The notes beneath the pieces were generated by a model. It made no database searches. It was given only the letters and a program-made list of their open reading frames with translations, and was not told the origin of the DNA. The translations under genes were made by a program, and so were the position numbers. Source: Chiloscyllium plagiosum (taxonomy: Eukaryota). Taken from it: a DNA stretch of 41,825 bases. Of the stretch, positions 21,846 to 32,960 are shown piece after piece (within the stretch, counting starts at the first letter, position 1; every line of letters begins with the position of its first letter). The stretch lies in the NCBI RefSeq assembly GCF_004010195.1, contig NC_057749.1, positions 24,285,042 to 24,326,866 on the forward strand, in the 5' to 3' direction.

Positions 21846-22695
21846 CGGGCTCTGTGCAGTTATGTCACCTCCCCTTCCCCCACTCTTGCTCTCCCTATTG
21901 GACTCAATCCATTGTGTACCACTCACCTGTCCTCAAAATGAAATCTGAACTTTCCCCTCCTTCATTATGGCTCAACTCCTATCTATAACTCCCTCACCTT
22001 GCTGTTGCCAAATACCTGTAGATTATTGTAACGTGCAGGTAGTGCACTGAGCCAGGCCTTAACTCTTTCAGACCCTTTGTACGCAACACAAGATATAGGC
22101 TCTGACTCAACCGGGGCCCAGGACAGGAATCACAGATTGCCACGCTGCTCCTTAGCCCTTACCCTGAGCCATGCACAATGAGACCCACGGCTCTGGTTAT
22201 TGGATACTGAAGTCTCCCCCACTCCATCCCAACCACTTCCTGCTTTTCCAAAATGAGGAAAAAACATCATTTAGCCATGAGAACAGCGCCTAGCAAGACT
22301 CTGGCCTTTGCACATTGCTCTTTGCCCCTTTCAAGAGTGTCTCAGTCCTTTTTGATTGAGATTTTGTATCAATGCATCAACTGGAGCCATGATGTCAAAG
22401 AGCTTTTTTAATCTCTGGGGCCCGGTTTGAAACTTTGACATGGACTTAAACATCACATTTGCCGCTAGTCACCAGCATGATCGGCAGTTCAGCTATCCAG
22501 CTCTGTGTTTGCTAATTGCTTCACTCAATATTGTTCCAAAGTACACTTATTGGAGCTGTTCAAATCTAATGAGCCCATCTTCATTCATCGAGCAAAACCT
22601 CTCTCTATGCAAATGCACTTTGGAACACAGCATTGGAAACATAATGAGTCAGTACCTACATCCTGTGAACTGTCGTACTATGGATCTAGAATGGA

Positions 22696-23855
22696 TTTTT
22701 ATTCATTCACAGGATGTGGGTGTCACTGGCTAGGCCAGAGGACTGTTAGAGTCAACGACATTGCTGAGAGTTGGAGTCACACGTAGGTGTCATGGAAAAA
22801 ATGTAGAGAATCACCAGGGGATGCAGAAAGTTCTTCAAGAAGTAGGTGGGTGGCACGGTGGCACAGTGGTTAGCACTGCTGCCTCACAGTGCCAGAGACC
22901 CAGGTTCAATTCCCGTCGGTGTGGACTTGTTGGGCCGAAGGGCCTGTTTCCACATTGTAAGTAATCTAATCTAATCTAGGTCTTTTATTTGCAAACAAAA
23001 AACTGTGACACTGAGAAAGCAGATTCTCGAATGCCCCCGACTCTTGGATAGGCACATGGAAGATACTAAAATGAAGGGTACGTCGGTTAGTTTGATCTTA
23101 GAGTTGGATAAAAGGTTGGCACAACATTTTTTTTATCATGTTTCTGTTAGCTTATCATCATGTTCAAGTATATTAATCAAAATACTTCACTCTAGCTACA
23201 CAATAAACCAGTGGTGTTAGTTCCCATTATCTCTTTAGTTATACATTCTACTTAATGTTATTCTAATGTCACGGCTAGATATTTAGTGTCAACTTTTGCA
23301 ACAATGGTCTTTCACTCCAGACCCTACTTAACATTTTCCTAATGTCCTGATTAGATATTTATTATCACCTCTGCTGCAGTGATCTTCCATTCCAGACTAA
23401 CCTGTCATGATTAGATATTTAACTATTCCATCTATTACAATGGTCTCCTGTCTCAAGCCGACTCTCCTAACTATTAATTAGATGTTTAATGTCATGTCCC
23501 AAATATTTATGGTCCCAATTTTGTCATAATGACACTTAACAGGGAGACTACCTTTACTAACTGTTATCTCATCTCGCCATAGTGACCTTTCAGCCTCAAC
23601 CTTACTCTGCTAATTGGTGTAAGAGCATTCCACTGTTCTTATCCCATCCTGCCTTCCACAGTCCACAGATTGCCAGTGGTCTTCATGCATTAACTCTTCC
23701 CCTGCTTTCATTTTCCATATAGGCCAGACCGGGCAAAGATGCCATTTTCTTTCCCCAATTCTACCATCTGTGACAGTGGGATTTGAACCCAGGGCCCCAG
23801 AACATTACCAGGGTCTTTGGATTAATAGCTTAGTGATAATACCACTAGGCCACTG
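22696..23855 (-). mobile_element. SINE family 2 copy split by a 930-bp insertion (halves 22696-22787 and 23718-23855)
   Basis: Left half ends ggagtcacacgtagg and right half resumes tataggccagacc, matching the intact family sequence gagtcacatg..gccagacc. Confidence 0.7.
22788..23717 (-). mobile_element. Solo-LTR-like element with internal degenerate tandem repeats, carrying a nested deleted HE1-like SINE (about 22848-22977) and a CR1 tail piece (about 23045-23125)
   Basis: TG...CA ends, 6-bp flanks cgtagg/tatagg, minus-strand AATAAA near 22985 and a repeated tagatattta motif. Confidence 0.55.
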
Positions 23856-24287
23856 TCTGATACTGATTGAGGCCAATAAACTGCGCCCACTATGAAAATG
23901 TCACAAGGACTTGGTGTGAGAGTGAAGTCGAATCTTATAGCAGATGGTCGTAAAGCTAGGTCCTCCCAGCAGTGGAGGATGCTAATGTTGACGCTTATTC
24001 TCAGAAACTGTAAAGTCGTTTCAAAGATGCAGTAACTATGACTCGTTTACTCAGCACTGTTTCTGTCATTAGTCCAGAAGGATCCTCACACACATTAGCC
24101 CTGAGAGAACGCACACTCAGAAGGATGGGATGGCAGCATACAGAACAAACAGAAAGTGGGATTTTACAGTTTACTGCAATTCTGTTCACATGTTTCACAA
24201 AAACTATGAAAATGGCATGTATAGTAGTATGTATATATGATATGTATAGTAGTTCGAGTGACCCAACAGTGATTAACCAGCTTGAAA

Positions 24288-25192
24288 AATAGAACATAGA
24301 ACGGTCTGGCCCTCGATGTTGTGCCGACATTTTATCCTACTCTAAGATCAAACTGACCGACATACCCTTCATTTTACTATCATCCATGTGCCTATCCAAG
24401 AGTCGCTTAAACGTCCCTAATGTATCTGACTCTACTCCCACCGCTGGTAGTGCACATTCGCTATGTGAAGAACCTACCTCTGACATCTCCCCTAAACCTT
24501 CCTCTAATCATCTTAAAATTATGCCCCCTCGTGATAGCCATTTCCACCCTGGGAAAATGTCTCTGGCTATCCACTCTATTTATGCCTCTCATCATCTTGT
24601 ACACCTCTATCAAGTCACCTCTCATACTTCTTCACTCCAATGAGAAAAGCCCTAGCTCCCTCAACCTTTCTTCAAAAGACCTGCCCTCCAATCCAGGTAG
24701 CTTCGTGGTAAATCTCCCAATGCACCCTCTCTAAACTTCCACATTCTTCCTATAATGAGGCAACCAGAACTGCACACAATATTCCAAGTGTGGTCTAACC
24801 AGGGCTCTATAGAGCTGCAGCATAACTTTGCAGCTCTTAAACTCAATACCTCTGCTAATGACAGCCAACACAAAATACGCCTTTTTAACAACCCTATCTA
24901 ATGTCCCTTAGAGAAGGAAACTGCCATCCTTATCTGGTCTGGCTGACATGTGACTCCAGACCCACAGCAATGTGGTTGACTCTTAACTGCCCTCTGGGCA
25001 ATTAGGGATGGGCAATAAATGTGGGCCTAGCCAGTGACACTCTCATCCTGTGAATTAACATACAAATAAACTTGGGTGGCAACTTTGAGGAACTTATGGA
25101 CGTGGACCCCACGTTCCTCTATACTGCCAAGAAGCCTCCCTTTAACCCTGAAATCCGCATTCAAATTCGACCTTCCAAAATGAATCACTTCT
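24288..25192 (-). mobile_element. CR1 LINE 3' fragment with a nested SINE family 2 3' part (about 24897-25070, +)
   Basis: tagaacatagaac tail and CR1 ORF2 C-terminal remnants. Insert reads aatgtcccttagagaaggaaactgccatcc...gggcaattagggatgggcaataaatg. Confidence 0.8.
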
Positions 25193-25539
25193 CAGTGATC
25201 TGTATGACTCTCTAACAGAGAACTGAGGCGAGTTGACGATATGTTAATAATGGGGGAGTGTTACCTCTCCTGGATTAAACAACATGTTAAGGGCAGGAAT
25301 AATGTGCAGGGGAAGTCATGGTCTATGACGAAGGATGAGAAAAGCTTATGGTCCTACAATCAGGGCTTCAGGAACCAGGATCACAGAGATACTAATCTCT
25401 GGATTCTTCCCAATGCCACTCGCTTGCATGTGTAGCAGCTGATGTATTCAACAGGTTTATCTGAGGCTGCAGAAATGCCTTAGAAAGGGTTGCTTCAGAT
25501 TCCTGCAGTATTGGAGCCAGTTCGAGTGCAGGAAACACT

Positions 25540-25737
25540 AAGAATCCCTGCAGTGTGGGAGCAGGCCATTCCACACTGACCCTCTGAAGGGCATCCCACC
25601 CCATAATCCGGCATTTCCATGGCTAAACCACCTCGCCTGCACATTCCTTGATGCTATGGGACAAATTAGCATGGCCAGTCCGTCTAACCTGCACATCTTT
25701 GACGCTATGAGGCAGCAGTGCTAACCACTGAACCACT
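25540..25737 (-). mobile_element. HE1-like SINE, internally deleted
   Basis: Tail and head motifs (gaggcagcagtgctaaccactga) are present. Confidence 0.7.
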
Positions 25738-25774
25738 ATGGGTGAGTTGCCTCAACAATAATATGAACAATGTC

Positions 25775-25893
25775 AAGATTAGAGTGGTGCTGGAAAAGCA
25801 CAGCAGGTCAGGCAGCATCCAAGCAGCAGGAAAATCAACGTCTCGGGCAAAAGCCCTTCATCAGGAAAGCACCTGCAGTCCTCACTTTCGCCT
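25775..25893 (-). mobile_element. Short PLE-derived element with hammerhead-like motif
   Basis: Flanked by tatgaacaatgtc (25762-25774 and 25899-25911). Minus strand CTGATGA-A-GGGC-TTTT-GCCC-GAGAC-GTT-GATT. Confidence 0.75.
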
Positions 25894-26073
25894 AATGGTA
25901 TGAACAATGTCTGCACTTAGAGCATAACTCATGGGGGAGTATTTGAATGAATTTGGCAGGTGGTAAGGAAGGAGGTATAACTGTCAGAAGGAAACAACGT
26001 TGAAATAAAGAGTTGTTCAGATGTTGGAGTGATAGTTGAGAAATATAAGGTGGATTGAAAGCATAGTGAATTA

Positions 26074-26272
26074 GGAGAAGGTGAGGACTGCAGATGCTGG
26101 AGATCAGAGTCAAAAGTGTGATGCTGGAAAAGCTTAGCCAGTCAGGCAGCATCCGCGGAGCAGGAGAATCGATGTTTCGAGCTTAAGCTCTTCATCAGGA
26201 ATGTTCCGTCGACTCTCCTGCTCCTCGGATGCTGCCTGACCTGTTGTGCTTTTCCAGCACCGCACCTTTGAC
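26074..26272. mobile_element. Fold-back PLE-derived element
   Basis: Same family as 3245-3452. Flanks agcatagtgaattagg / agcgcagtgaatcagg. Confidence 0.75.
26167..26202 (-). ncRNA. Minimal hammerhead ribozyme-like motif
   Basis: ATTC-CTGATGA-A-GAGC-TTAA-GCTC-GAAAC-ATC-GATT. Intact core, perfect helix II and AUC triplet. Confidence 0.65.
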
Positions 26273-26759
26273 AGCGCAGTGAATCAGGTTCGTGAGCTGC
26301 AGGCACAAGTAACCACATGGAATTGATGCAGGGGGAGCAACAGAGATTAACTCAAAAAAAGGGGGGCAGTAAATATTCCTGGGCATAATTTATTCAGGAA
26401 AGAAAGGGCTGCAGAAGGCAGAGTGGCAGCATTGTTCAAAATCTGACAGGACTGGAAAGGAATTTACTGTTCTATACGGTTTCTGTCGATTCTGCCTTTG
26501 AACCTCCAGGGATGTTGTTAAGCTTCTGAATCCATGCTGTAAGCTGTGAAGTAATGGGAAGGAGATAAAGGAATACATTTGCAGGAGAATTGCTGAAAGA
26601 TACAAGAACTGTTATCTTAATAGGAGCTTCAATTATCCTGACATGGGCTGGGTTAGTCATGGTACAAAACAGCAGAAGGACAGGGAGTCCACAAATGCCT
26701 CCAAAAGAGCTTTTTTGATCAATGTAGTTCCAGTCAAATGAAAGGAATACAGTGACTTG

Positions 26760-26912
26760 GAGACAGCAAGGACTGCAGATGTTGGAGGTCAGAGTCAATT
26801 GATGTGAAGCTGGAAAAGCACAGCAGGTCAGACAGCATTGGGCCATAACACTGACTTCCCTGTTCCTCGTATTCTGTCTGACCTGCTGTGCTTTTCTAGC
26901 TCCACATCTATT
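26760..26912. mobile_element. Fold-back PLE-derived element, degraded
   Basis: aggactgcagatgttggag start and arms gctggaaaagcacagcaggtcagacag / ctgtctgacctgctgtgcttttctagc. Confidence 0.65.
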
Positions 26913-27017
26913 AAAGGGAAAAGAGTGCTGCATTGGAATCCAAGACAAAGTGGGTCAAGAGAAACATGGTTTAGTAAGGGAGCATGTAGGAAACAGTGAT
27001 CATATCATTCAGTCAGG

Positions 27018-28202
27018 GTCATAGAGTCACAGAGATATACAGCACAGAAACAGACCCTTCGGTCCAACTCATCCATGCCGACCATGAAATCCTAACCTAA
27101 TCTAGTCGCATTTGCCAGCCCTTGGCCTATTTCCCTCCAAATCCTTCCTATTCATATACCCATCCAGGTGCCTTTTAAATGCTGTAATTGTACCAGCCTC
27201 CACCACTTCCTCTGGCAGCTCATTCCATACATACACCACCCTCTGTGAGAAAAAGTTGTCCCTTAGGTCCCTTTTATATCTTTGCCCTCTCACCCTAAAC
27301 CTATGCCCTCGAGTTCTGTACTTTCCCATCCTAGGGAAAAGATCGTGTCTATTTACCCTATCCATGCCCCCCCCATGATTTTATAATTCTTTATAATGTC
27401 ACCCCTCAGCCTCCAATGCTCCAAGGAAAACAGCCCCAGCCTGTTCAGCCTCTCCCTATAGTTCAAATCCTCCAACCCTGGCAACATCCTTGTAAATCTT
27501 TTCTGAACCCTTTCAAGTTCCGATAGGAAGGAGACCAGAATTTCACACAATATTCCAAAAGTTGGCCAAACCAATGTCCTGTTCAGCTGCAACGTGACCT
27601 CCCAACTCCTGTACTCAATACTCTTACCAATAAAATTAAAAATCACACAACACCAGGTTATAGTCCAACAGGTTTATTTGGAAGCACTAGCTTTTGGAAC
27701 GCTGCTCCTTCATCAGGTGATTGTGGAAAGCTCGTGCTTCCAAATAAATCTGTTGGACAATAACCTGGTGTTGTGTGAGTTTTAATTTTGTCCACTCCAG
27801 TCCAAAACCAGTGTCTCCAAATCCTAATCAATAAAGGAAAGTATACCAAATGCCTTCTTCACTATCTTACCTACCTGTGACTCCACTTTCAAGGAGCAAT
27901 GAGTCTGCACTCCAAGGTCTCTTTGTTCAGCAACACTCCCTGAGACCTTACCATTAAGTATATAAGTCCTGCAAAGAAAACCTCAATTTCTTTAGTCATC
28001 CAGCATTCCCTATACCTACCAGACTTTCCTTTCACCCTAACAGGAATATACTGTCTCTGAACTCTTGTTATCTCATTTCTGAAGTCTTCCCATTTTCCAG
28101 CTGATCCTTTACCTGCGAACATCTGCCCCCAATTAGCTTTTGAAAGTTCTTGCCTAATACTGTCAAAATTAGCCTTCCTCCAATTTAGAACTTTAACTTT
28201 TA
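27018..28202 (-). mobile_element. CR1 LINE fragment (3' end plus an upstream ORF2 piece) with a nested PLE-derived element
   Basis: ORF remnants FIGKSIEYRSWEV..ERVQKRFTRMLPGL and KVKVLNWRKANFDSIRQEL, plus the CR1 3' UTR. Confidence 0.85.
27636..27826. mobile_element. Fold-back PLE-derived element (family B) with hammerhead-like motif (27685-27719, -)
   Basis: Homologous to 20940-21144. Flanks accaataaa / atcaataaa. CAC-CTGATGA-A-GGAGC-AGC-GTTCC-AAAAG-CTA-GTG. Confidence 0.75.
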
Positions 28203-28304
28203 GACACCAGGCTTGAAGCATTAATTCTGTTTCTCTCTCCACAGATGCTGCCAGACCTGCTGAGTTTCCCTGGCACTCTGTTTTTGGATCATATCATTAG
28301 GTTT

Positions 28305-28586
28305 TTGATTCCCTACAGTGTGGAAACAGGCCCTTCGGCCCAACCAGTCCACACCGACCCTCTGAAGAGTAACCCATCCAGACCCATTTCCCTCTAACTA
28401 ATGCACCTAAGACTATGAGCAGTTTAACATGGCCAATTCACCTGAGCTGCACGTCTTTGGACTGTGGGAGGGAAACCCACACAGACACAGGGAGAATGTG
28501 CAAACTCCACACAGATAGTCGCCCGAGGCTGAAATCCCTGGCGCTGTGAGGCAGCAGTGCTAACCACTGAGCCACCATGCCGCCCG
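28305..28586 (-). mobile_element. HE1-like V-SINE
   Basis: Reverse complement of head (gggcggcatggtggctcagtggttagcactgctgcc) and tail. Confidence 0.85.
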
Positions 28587-28944
28587 TTTCGTGTAGTTAT
28601 GGAAAATGACAAGAACCAATCAAATATGAAAGTTCTCAACTGAAAAGAAAAGGCAAACATCAGTGAGTAGAATGGAGCTCTGATCTAAATTGACTGGAAT
28701 CAATGTTTGGCAAGGAAAATGGCAAGTGAGTGATGGGAGGCCTTCCAAGGAGATAGCACAGATACATAGCAGGCCCTTGTCCTAAAGGAATACGAAGGGT
28801 ATCTTAAGATAAAGCTGTAAATAGTAAAGATATCAGATTACAAATTATAAGGAAAGTGAACTAATGATAAATATTTGATTTCTGCTCTAGAGTGAACGAG
28901 CTGAAGCCTGAACGGCCAGATAGCCTCCTTCTGTCCTCAAGTGA

Positions 28945-29235
28945 TATTTTTTATTCATTCATGGGAAGTAGGCATTACTGGTACAGAGCAACATGTACTG
29001 TCCATCCCTCATTACCCTTGAGAAGGTGATGGTGAGCCACCTTTCTGAACCACTGTGGTCCAAGTATTGTATCTAACCCCACAATGTTATCCTGGAGAGA
29101 GTTCCAGGAATTTGACCCAGTGATGGTGAGGGAACACTGATTGGCTCCACGCCAGGCCAAGGGACATTAGCAGCGACAGTGTTTCCCTGTATCTGCTGCC
29201 TTTGTCATTCCTGGTGGTAGAGGTTATGGGATTGC
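28945..29235 (-). mobile_element. LINE 3' end (L2/CR1-group) sharing its tail with SINE family 2
   Basis: Minus-strand ORF end SWNSL..IVG..GPQWFRKVAHHHLLKGN, then a tail ending ..cccatgaatgaataaaaaaa. Confidence 0.55.
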
Positions 29236-29359
29236 TGTCAAATTCAACTTCCCTCCGGGAAACAGTCCAGTGACGGCCCATATCTGTTACACAGCCTGAC
29301 CTCCGAGGGTTCCAGCAGAGCCGGGGTACTCGACAGTGAAAGGTTTGCACCTCTACAGC

Positions 29360-30402
29360 ACCTCTCACGGAACCGCGGCATGACCTAAAGTGCTTTAGAG
29401 CTAATGAAGTGCTTTAGAAGTGTAATCATTGCAATGAAGGAAACACAGCTACCAATTTGTGTGCAGCATGCTCCCACCAACACCAATGTGATCGTGACCA
29501 AGACAACCTCGTGTCACTGATTGAGGGACAGTTATTGACCCAGGTCAATAAGCTGCGAAAAGTAGAGTCACAGGTAGACAGGCCAGTGAAGGAGGCTTTT
29601 GACACACTGCCCTTCATCAGTCAGGGCACTGAGTAGAGAAGTTGGGAAGTTATGTTGAAGTTGTATAGGACATTGGTGAGGTTTCATTTGGAGTATTGTT
29701 TTCCGTTTTGGATGTTATTAAACTGGAAAGAGTGTAGAAGAAATTTACAAGGATGTTGCCAGGACTCAAGGGTCTGAGTTATAGGGAGAGGTTGGACAAA
29801 CTAGGACATTTTTCTTTAAAGTGTAGGAGACTGAGGGGGGATATTGTAGAGGTGTATAAGATCATGAGAGGCATGGATAGGGTGAATGCGCTCGGTCTTT
29901 TTCCCAGGGTTGGGGAATCAAGAACTAGAGGGCATCAGTTTAAGGTAAGAGGGAAAGAATAAAAGGGAACCTGAGGGGCAAATCTTTTACCCATATGGAA
30001 TGAGTTACCGACACAAGTGTTTGAGGTGGGTATATTAACAACATTTAAAAGGCATTTGAACAAATACATGGATAGGAAAAGATTAGAAGGATAAGGGCCA
30101 GGTGCAGGGAAATGGGGTTAGTGCAGATGGAGACTTCGGTCAGTATGGACCAGTTTGGGCCAAAAGGCCTGTCTCCGTGCTCTATGATTCAATGACCATT
30201 GAACCCTACTCTTCTTCAAAGACCTACCTGAGAGGGCAGACAGGTCTTCATGTTTCATCGACAGTGTTGTGTTCCCTTCGCACTGGCCTGAAGCATCAGC
30301 CTGGAGTGTGCACTGAATAGAGATATGCAAGTCTTGACAATGGGATTGAACCATAATCTTCCATTTGAAACCAGTAGCATCTGCTTGCCCAAGTGCTGCC
30401 AC
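29360..30402 (-). mobile_element. DeuSINE-like copy split by a CR1 insertion
   Basis: Halves at about 29360-29548 and 30197-30402 join as one SINE (..ttgagggacagttattgaccc | ..ctactcttcttcaaa..gggcagacagg..tgggattgaaccc). Confidence 0.55.
29550..30196 (+). mobile_element. CR1 LINE 3' fragment
   Basis: MLPGLKGLSYRERLDKLGHFSL..RLRGDIVEVYKIMRG and a CR1 tail. Confidence 0.85.
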
Positions 30403-30418
30403 TGCAGGTCTTTGGTGC

Positions 30419-31044
30419 TACGATGATACTGTAGCTTTAAGAGGTGTGTTTTGTCCTGGCTTCTTTTGGAGAGAGATTAGTAGCAGGTGCTCAGAAGTCT
30501 ATGAGAAGAACTTATGAAGCCTTGCAATTTTTTAAAAACTGGAACAATAGAAGCATCCTGAATGGGTGTGCTCATGTGCTCATGGACCAGGATTTTAGGT
30601 TTACTTTTCAGCAGCTGTTGCTAGGGTCTCAGCAGGATTGGAAGGAATCATTCCTGGATGCTACAGTCTCTCTCTCTCTCTCTCAGAATGGTCTTTTAAA
30701 GTTTTTTCCTCCTGGATTGGACGACTACATGTGAGACGATCTGACTTTGCCTTTTTGCCACGGGTCTGTTTATGGGATTTTACCATATTGGAACAATTAG
30801 TTAGTAATAGTTACAGTATCTATTATTTTGTTACGTTTTCCAATAGAGTTACATTATTTCAAGTTCATTTTTTGTTGTATTTTAACTATTGTGTTTGAAT
30901 AAATTGTTTAATGTTAAGTTGATTGACAGTTGATCAAAATGCATCTGGAACACAACACCTGACCTTTACCCTTGAAATAAGAAAGAGCTAGGGTCTAGGC
31001 TACTTCCTGATATATTTTGAGGAGGTCTGGTCTGATCCATAACG
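30419..31044 (+). mobile_element. Solo-LTR-like element (family of 1935-2576), degraded
   Basis: 3' end ttttgaggaggtctggtctgatccataac matches the other copies. AATAAA at about 30898. Confidence 0.55.
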
Positions 31045-31197
31045 ATACCAACAGATGGCATCATGTATCAGTGTTAAAGCACAAAGCTATTCAGAATTAA
31101 AGTGGTTATGAGCCAGGGTTCAGATCAGTTCTAATGATCAGAATGATAAATGGTGGGAGGGAGGGACACTGTGCACTGCCTTCCTTTTGAGTAGGAT

Positions 31198-31997
31198 TTA
31201 GTTTAATTCAGATAAATGTGAGGTGCTACATTTTGGTAGGCAAATCAGGGCAGGACCTATACACTTAATGGTAAGGTCCCGGGGGGTGTTGCTGAACAAA
31301 GAGACCTTGGAACGTAGGTTCATAGTTCCTTGCAAGTTGAGTTTCAAGTAAACATGGTAGTGAAGAAGATGTTTGGTACACTTGCCTTTATTGGTCAGGA
31401 CACTGATTATAGGAGTTGGGAAGTCATGTTGCAGCTGTACAGGACATTGGTTAGGCCACTTTTGGAATACTGCATTCAATTCTGGTTTCCTTTCTATAGG
31501 AAGGATGTTGTGAAATTTGAAAGGGTTCAGAGAAGATTTACAAGGATGTTGCCAGGGTTGAAGGGTTTGAGCTGTAGGGAGGGGCTGGGGCTGTTTTCCC
31601 TGGAGCGTCAGAGACTGAGGAGTGACTCGATAGAGGTTTATAAAATCATGAGGGATATGGACAGGGTAAATAGACAAAGCCTTTTCCCTCAGGTAGGGAA
31701 GTCCAAATCTAGTTTAGGGTGAGGGGGGAAAGATTTAAAAGGGACATAAGGAGCAATGTTTTCACACAGAGAGTGGTGTGTGTATGGAATGAGCTGCCAG
31801 AGGAAGTGGTGGAGGCTGGTACAATTACAACATTTAAAAGGCATCTGGATGGGGATATGAATAGGAAGGGTTTGGAGAGATATGGGCCAAATGCTGGCAA
31901 ATGGGACTAGATTAATTGAGGGTATCTGGTTGGCATGGTTGAGTTGGACCAAAGGGTCTGTGTCCATGCCGTACATCTCGATGACTCTATCCATGAC
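31198..31997 (+). mobile_element. CR1 LINE 3' fragment
   Basis: ORFs 31330-31722 and 31719-31910 give CR1 ORF2 C-terminal motifs, followed by the CR1 3' UTR. Confidence 0.9.
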
Positions 31998-32271
31998 CTG
32001 GGCATTACACAAAAAACACTGACTTCAATAGTTTGAAAGTCGACATAATGTTTCAAGAATGGGCAAAACTTCATTCTAACGACTAATGATCTGATAATGT
32101 GATATCCATGGGTCTGGAGTTCAGGTCCATGCCAATGCTCTGAGGATCTGGATTCAAATGACACCAGTTGAATTTAAATGCACTTAATAAATCTTAAACC
32201 AATTGTAAATCAGTAACGGTGATCACATTAACTACCATTAACTGCTGTAAATGCAATATAAAGGGTTATGT

Positions 32272-32495
32272 ATTTTCAGGGAGAGGTGGGCGCCGCAGGG
32301 AGTGGAGTGTATTATTTCCCCCTCCAACTCTATTTTGATTTAGTCCCTGCCCTCCCCTTCACTGTTTTGATCACACAGCATTGCCCTTTGATGCTTGTCA
32401 TTGGCCACTTGGGTGTTTCCTTTCTTCCTGTTGATGGAAACTGAATAAAAATTTGTACGCCTGTTGCCTTTCACTGTATCTCACAGAAAAAATAT
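32272..32495 (+). mobile_element. Tx1-like LINE 3' end with 16-bp TSD
   Basis: FRERWAPQGVECIISPSNSILI*, AATAAA and A-rich tail. atataaagggttatgt at 32256-32271 and 32496-32511. Confidence 0.65.
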
Positions 32496-32832
32496 ATATA
32501 AAGGGTTATGTCTAACTGTGTGATAGACAGGAAGTGACAGGATATCACATGAGATTGCACTTCTCCTACAAGATGAAGCCAGAGTTTCTCAATTAAGTCA
32601 ATGTTTTCTTTACTTCAGCAGACTCTAAATATTAAAACATTCTGAAGAAAGCTTTCACTTCACAGATACTGCCGGACCTGCTCGGTTTCTCCAGCAAGTT
32701 TTGTTTTTGTTCCTAATTTCCACGTTTCTTATTTTTATCTAAATATTCTAACTCGCACAAAAAGACCAAGAATTTTATAGTAAAATCTCATCTGGCTAAC
32801 TCATATCCTTTAGGGAAGGAAATTGGTCACCT

Positions 32833-32960
32833 CTGATGAGGTGTCATCTAAACTTGAAACATTGGTTGCTCTCTCTCCACAGACGCTGCCTGACCCGCTG
32901 TGATCTCTAGCCTTTGTCGTTTTCAGTACAGATTCCAGTATCTGCAGTGACTTGCTCCCA
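32833..32960 (+). mobile_element. Short PLE-derived element starting at a hammerhead-like core, inserted in a SINE family 2 copy
   Basis: CTGATGA-GGTGTCATCTAAACTT-GAAAC-ATT. Flanks aattggtcacct (32821-32832) / aatgggtcacct (32961-32972). Confidence 0.65.

Noticed and set aside
23267..23560. Repeat-spacer appearance suggesting a CRISPR array (also considered for the minisatellites)
   Set aside because: Vertebrate DNA with no cas genes. Repeats are degenerate and the intervening segments resemble each other rather than being unique spacers.
24001..24330. ORFs in unique-looking intergenic sequence
   Set aside because: No recognisable protein motif or convincing splice structure.
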